Below are positions 59,790 to 64,000 of a stretch of DNA of 64,000 nucleotides, one piece after another (within the stretch, counting starts at the first letter, position 1; the number at the start of each line of letters is the position of its first letter). A program made the translations under genes and the position numbers. The stretch is taken from NCBI GenBank assembly GCA_013265495.1, contig MU063496.1, positions 434,001-498,000 of the forward strand, read 5' to 3'. The notes beneath the pieces were generated by a model, which ran no database searches, was not told the DNA's origin, and saw only the letters and a list, made by a program, of their open reading frames with translations. Source of the stretch: Vicugna vicugna. Its lineage: Eukaryota.

Positions 59790-61140
59790 CCCCAATTCTC
59801 TCCACTGCATCAGATGACCCCTGAATCTCAACATCCAGCCCAGAGAGACTTTAGGCTCCAGATACAACTCCCCAGGGACAGATGCACACAGTACGGGGCT
59901 CCGTCTGTGCTAGGATCTCGGTGAACAGCACAGCCACCAGGTAACAACTGTATTAGTCACATGCTTTAGGCCATAGTGTTGGGAAACCAACTGGAACTGG
60001 CCTATAATGGAAGGGGTTGGGGTATTGTATGTCGCCATGGGGCACGGGGTACAGGTGGGCCTAACATCACTAAGGACCACATGTCTTTGTGCTGAAATAT
60101 TCTAGGCAAGGACTCTAATTGTCCTGGTCACGTGCCTACCTGACACCACCAGCTGAGGCCAGGGGCATGGGGTCATGTAGCACAGACAGGGCTGCTGGGC
60201 CCATTCCAGTATAGAAACAGAGGAATTCCCATTTAAGGCAGTGGAATAAAGCCGTCTCTTCACCAACCCCTCTTCCCGCAAAGACCAACCATTCATAGTG
60301 TTTGATGAACAACAACCATGGTGATAAAATCCAGAGACGGCATGGGCTGGATGCATCAGTCAGAGTCTTGGGAGGAAGCAGACCTTGCACTAAAAGGGTA
60401 ATTGGTGAAGTTTAGTAAGGAGACTAAAGACAAAGGCGAGAGCTAAGACAATAAGCAGGGATGGCGAGGCACAGAGGATTAACTGCTACCCCCGCTCTGG
60501 GCATGAAAGGGCACGGGAGGCCAGCAGAAGCAGCAGCGTGGGAGAGGGTTGCTCAGCTAATGGCTGCCTTGGTTGGATGAAGGCAGCTATTGCCAATCTT
60601 GAAAGAGTAGGCGTTGGGGGGGGGTGTGTATCTACCGCTTTCTCTACCCGTCCTCTCATCTCTTGTGGGTCTCTCATTGGCTGGACATATCTGGAAGCCA
60701 GAGGGAGCCCAAGTGATGGAATCCACAGCAGTCTACCTTCCACACCCAGAGCAAGTGGGGACGCATGGAGAATCCATCTGGAGGAACAAATGGGAAACAT
60801 TCTGCACTTTGGGCATCTACCCCCTCAGTTTGTTTTCTGTCGCCCCGTGGCAGTAACTTTAGAGTCACCCTTGCTTTTTCCACTGGTTTCTCCCCCATCT
60901 TCCATCACCAAGTCCTACGGATGTCACCTCCCAAACATCTCCAGAGTCTGTCCTCTCCTGTGTCTTCATCATCTCTCCCTTGGACTATTACAAATTAGTT
61001 CTCAGCTGGCTTCTCTGTATCCAGTCAAATCCACCTGCCAAGATGCAGTTAACTTGACCACGGCCCTTCCCAGCTGAAACCCTTCCAGGGACCCCATGGC
61101 TTCAGGAGAACAGGCAGCCTCATCCTGTGCGCTCCTGAGC
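59790..61140 (+). mobile_element. L2 ORF2 3' remnant in two pieces (about 59790-59900 and 60790-61140)
   Basis: GATGACCCCTGAATCTCAACATCCAGCCCAG, then CCATCACCAAGTCCTACGG...CATCATCTCTCCCTTGGACTATTACAA...CTGAAACCCTTCCAG, collinear with the recalled L2 consensus. Confidence 0.75.
59944..60230 (-). mobile_element. old MaLR LTR (MLT1K/L-like) inside the L2
   Basis: TGTATTAGTCACATGCTTTAGG...GGACTCTAATTGTCCTGGTCACGTGCCTACC...GGCCAGGGGCATGGGGTCATG. Confidence 0.6.
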
Positions 61141-61282
61141 CATGGACCTGCTCCATGTGGGTTGAGGTCTGATCATTAAAGTTGACTGACAGTCTGGTTA
61201 AGGAATTGGTCCTCCTTCCTTAGGCACTGGGACACTAAAGGAGCTCCGAAAGCGGGATTTTGTTGTTGTTCTTGTTCACTTT

Positions 61283-62030
61283 TCATTTTGAAATTATTTC
61301 AGACTTTCCCAAAAGGTGCAAAAATAGCACAAAGAGTTCCCATATACTCTTTATCCAGATTCTCCAAATATTAACATTACACACTACAACTATCAAAATC
61401 GGGAAATACGATGACCTAAGTAAAGCCTGACTTGAATTTCCCAGGTAGTCCCACCAACATCCTTTTTTTTCTGGTCCAGGATTCAATGTCGGATCACCTT
61501 GCTTTTAGTTGTTGTGAGTCTTCAGTCTCCTTTAATCAGGAACAGCTTCTCGTCTTTGTCTTTTATGACCTTGACACTCTTAAACAGTACTGGCTACTTG
61601 TTTTCTAGAACACCCCTCTACTTGGCTGTTTCTCATGTTTCCTCACCATTAATTTTAGGGTAGGCATTTTTGGTAAGGAGGCCACAAAAGCGAGGCTGTG
61701 TCTCTGTCAGTGCATCATATCAGGAGGTATGGGATGTGAGTTTATCTCCAGTGTCATTGCTGTTAATTTTGACAATCTGGTCGAGATGCTACTGCCAAGT
61801 TTCTCCAGTGTAAAGCTGCTACTTTCCCCTTTGTTATTAATAAGCATCCTGTGGGCAGAATACTTTTAAGACTCTAAATAGCCTGTTTCTCATAAACATT
61901 TTTTTGCCCACCAATTTTTCACATCCGTTAGTGATTCTTGCCTGAAACAATTCTTACTATGGTACTTGCCAAACAGTGGTTCTCAAGCTCAACATTCCTT
62001 CTACATTTATTAGTTGGAATTCCACTGAAA
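61283..62030 (-). mobile_element. LINE-1 3' UTR (L1MC4/5-like)
   Basis: TTTTGAAATTATTTCAGACTT...AAGAGTTCCCATATACTCTTTATCCAGATTCTCC...GGTCCAGGATTCAAT...TTATGACCTTGACAC...TGTAAAGCTGCTACTTTCCCCTTG. Confidence 0.85.
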
Positions 62031-62104
62031 GAAAAGAAAAACAGGATAGCTACCCAACAGAAGATGGTCTGCAGAGATCAAAACAGCCTGCCTGATATAT
62101 TGTA

Positions 62105-63182
62105 AATTGTATACCTGATAAGGAGCTTGTATCTAGAATATATGAAAAATCCTTAACTTGATCATAAAAAGATATACAACTCAATTTCTAAATGGGCAAA
62201 GGATCTGAATAAAAATTTCTTCAGAAAAAAATTTTTTGCAAATGAATGATAAGCACATGAAAAGATGTTCACCATTGCTGATCACTAGGGAAATGGAAAG
62301 CAAAACCACAGTGAGATATCACTTCATATCTCCTTGGATGGTTATAATAAATAATACTAGTAAAATAATAAACAGGTAATAACAAGTGTTGGTGACACTA
62401 TGGAGAAATTGGAACCCTCATACGCTGCTGGTAGGAATGTAATATGGTGCAGCTCCTTTGGAAAACAGTCTAGCATTTCCTCAAAGGTTAAATATGGAGT
62501 TACTACAGGACCAAGCAATTCCACTCCCAGGACAGACCCAGGAGAAATAAAAGTGTATGTCCACACAAAACCTTTCATTGCAGCCTTATTCATGCCAAAA
62601 AGTGGAAACAATCCAAGGCCCATTAAGTGATCAATGAACAAATAAGATGTGGTCTATCTATACATTAGAATATTAATCAGCAATAAAAAGAAAGGATGTA
62701 CTGACAGGTGACCACATGGATAAACCTTGTGAACATGAGGCTCTGTGAAAGCAGCCAGCCACAGAGGACCACATACGGTGTGATTCCATTTATGAAATGT
62801 CCAGAAAAAGCAAATTTATAGAGACCAAATGAAGATTAGTGGTTGCCAGGGAATGGGGCGTGCCTGCTAATGGGGACAGGGTTTCTTTTGGGGGGGACTG
62901 ATGAAAATGTTTTAAAATTGTGGTGATGGTGGGGGGAGGTTATAGGGCAAGTGGGAGAGAGCATGTTTAGCATTCATGAGGTCCTGGGTCCAATCCCCAG
63001 TACTTCCTCTAAAAACAAATAAACCTAATTACCTCCTTCTCCCCACCCCCTAAAAAAAACTAAAAAAAAAAAAAATTGTGGTGATGGTGGCATGACTCCG
63101 TGAATATATTAAACCATTAAACTGCACACCTTAAATGGGTGGATTGAGAGGTCTGTAAACTGTATCTCAGTAAAGCTGTTAG
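62105..63182 (+). mobile_element. LINE-1 3' end (L1MB-like) carrying a nested SINE
   Basis: GATAAGGAGCTTGTATCTAGAATATAT...AAATGGGCAAAGGATCTGAAT...GGAGAAATTGGAACCCTCATAC...AGATTAGTGGTTGCCAGGG...TATCTCAGTAAAGCTGTT. Confidence 0.9.
62931..63071 (+). mobile_element. camelid tRNA-derived SINE (Vic-1-like)
   Basis: GGGGGAGGTTATAGGGCAAGTGG (degenerate A box)...GAGGTCCTGGGTCCAATCCCCAGTAC (B box)...AAATAAACCTAATTACCTCC, C-run, poly(A). TSD AAAATTGTGGTGATGGT(GG) at 62914-62930 and 63072-63088, inserted at TTTT/AAAA. Confidence 0.9.
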
Positions 63183-63755
63183 TTACACACACATACACTC
63201 ACACACAAAAGCAACAACCCTCTCAGAGCCTCCTAAGAGTAGGTGGCCGCCCCGCCCCGCCCAGCTCAGCCAGCCTGGGCCCCTGCCTCCGGGCCCTGCA
63301 CTTTGCTAGCAGAGGTGCTTGCTCCCGACAAGCCAAGCAGAAACACGGCATCCTCTCAGGCCCCGTCAACCCAGCGCCAGCTTGTTGGAGTTTCCCGTGA
63401 TTCAGACCAGGGAGCTCCACAGCTGCATTTTGACCATCAATCCCTCTACTCCCCAGTGTAATCTCCTGAGCCAGACTGTGGTTTTGCGACTTGAAGTCCA
63501 AGGCCATGAATCAACATCATCTACTTATCAAGACCAAAGACTGCGGTCACAGCCCGCATAGAAGGAACAGCTCGCCTTGCTCAGCGCCTTCATGCCAGAG
63601 GGCGAGGCCGCACCCCGGTCGGTGCCCAGGGAACCTGCTGGACCAACCCACACGTGGCCCGGGGCCATACCTTTCCCAAAGCCATCACGGCTGTGCCGCT
63701 TGGAACCTGGCAGTCTGATTCCCCACATACTGGTTCAGTGGCTCCTGGTGGGTTA

Positions 63756-63800
63756 GCCGAGCCGGGCCGGGCCAAGCCGGGCCGGGCCGGGCCGGGCCCG
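63756..63800 (+). repeat. (GCCGG)n pentamer repeat, 9 units (6 perfect), with a G4 consensus
   Basis: GCCGA GCCGG GCCGG GCCAA GCCGG GCCGG GCCGG GCCGG GCCCG; four GGG runs with CC loops at 63779-63796. Confidence 0.9.
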
Positions 63801-63864
63801 TGCTGGGCTCTCCGGCTCTGGCTGGCTCGCTCTCATTTACACTATGTTATACCACCCAGCACCA

Positions 63865-64000
63865 TGGGGGCTGGGCGAAGTTGGTTAAAAAGTACAAACT
63901 CCCAGCTATAAAATAAATCAGTCCTGGGGACGTAAGGTACAGCATGGGGCCTCTAGTTAACAAGACTGTATTGTCTATTTGAGAGATGCTGAGAGAGTAG
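63865..64000 (+). mobile_element. LINE-1 3' UTR fragment (L1MA-like), continues beyond the window
   Basis: GTTGGTTAAAAAGTACAAACTCCCAGCTATAAAATAAATCAGTCCTGGGGACGTAAGGTACAGCATGG...GACTGTATTG. Confidence 0.85.

Noticed and set aside
60559-60591. 12-bp stem hairpin (AATGGCTGCCTT...AAGGCAGCTATT)
   Set aside because: Too short for a pre-miRNA; plausible by chance.

Overview
Mammalian non-coding DNA, GC-rich and dense in MIR/L2/MLT remnants, with one 130-N scaffold gap (23224-23353). A tRNA-derived SINE of the camelid Vic-1 type (62931-63071, perfect 17-19 bp TSD) and the apparent absence of Alu, Bov-tA, CHR, PRE-1 and Can-SINEs point to a camelid (alpaca/llama/camel) genome. I could not recognise any protein-coding exon, RNA gene or processed pseudogene. 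The only ORFs with recognisable homology are decayed LINE-1 ORF1/ORF2 fragments, so the window is probably a large intron or an intergenic regulatory region. Best observations: (1) a 696-bp solo LTR with betaretrovirus-like architecture (35329-36024, minus strand, TG..CA, perfect 6-bp TSD CAGGTG, TATA and AATAAA only 12 nt apart, internal 52-bp and 17-bp tandem duplications); (2) a 109-bp, 96%-identical copy of an L2 segment from 1.4 kb downstream inserted into the middle of a MER5B, which looks like a templated repair scar; (3) a ~100-bp burst of AT-to-GC changes and CpG gain inside an old MLT1B LTR, suggesting GC-biased gene conversion; (4) a strong CTCF motif in a CpG-rich patch and several motif-dense, repeat-free candidate enhancers. 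I found no evidence for a novel multi-gene system. Repeat family names come from recalled consensus sequences, not from a RepeatMasker run; boundaries of old repeats are approximate.
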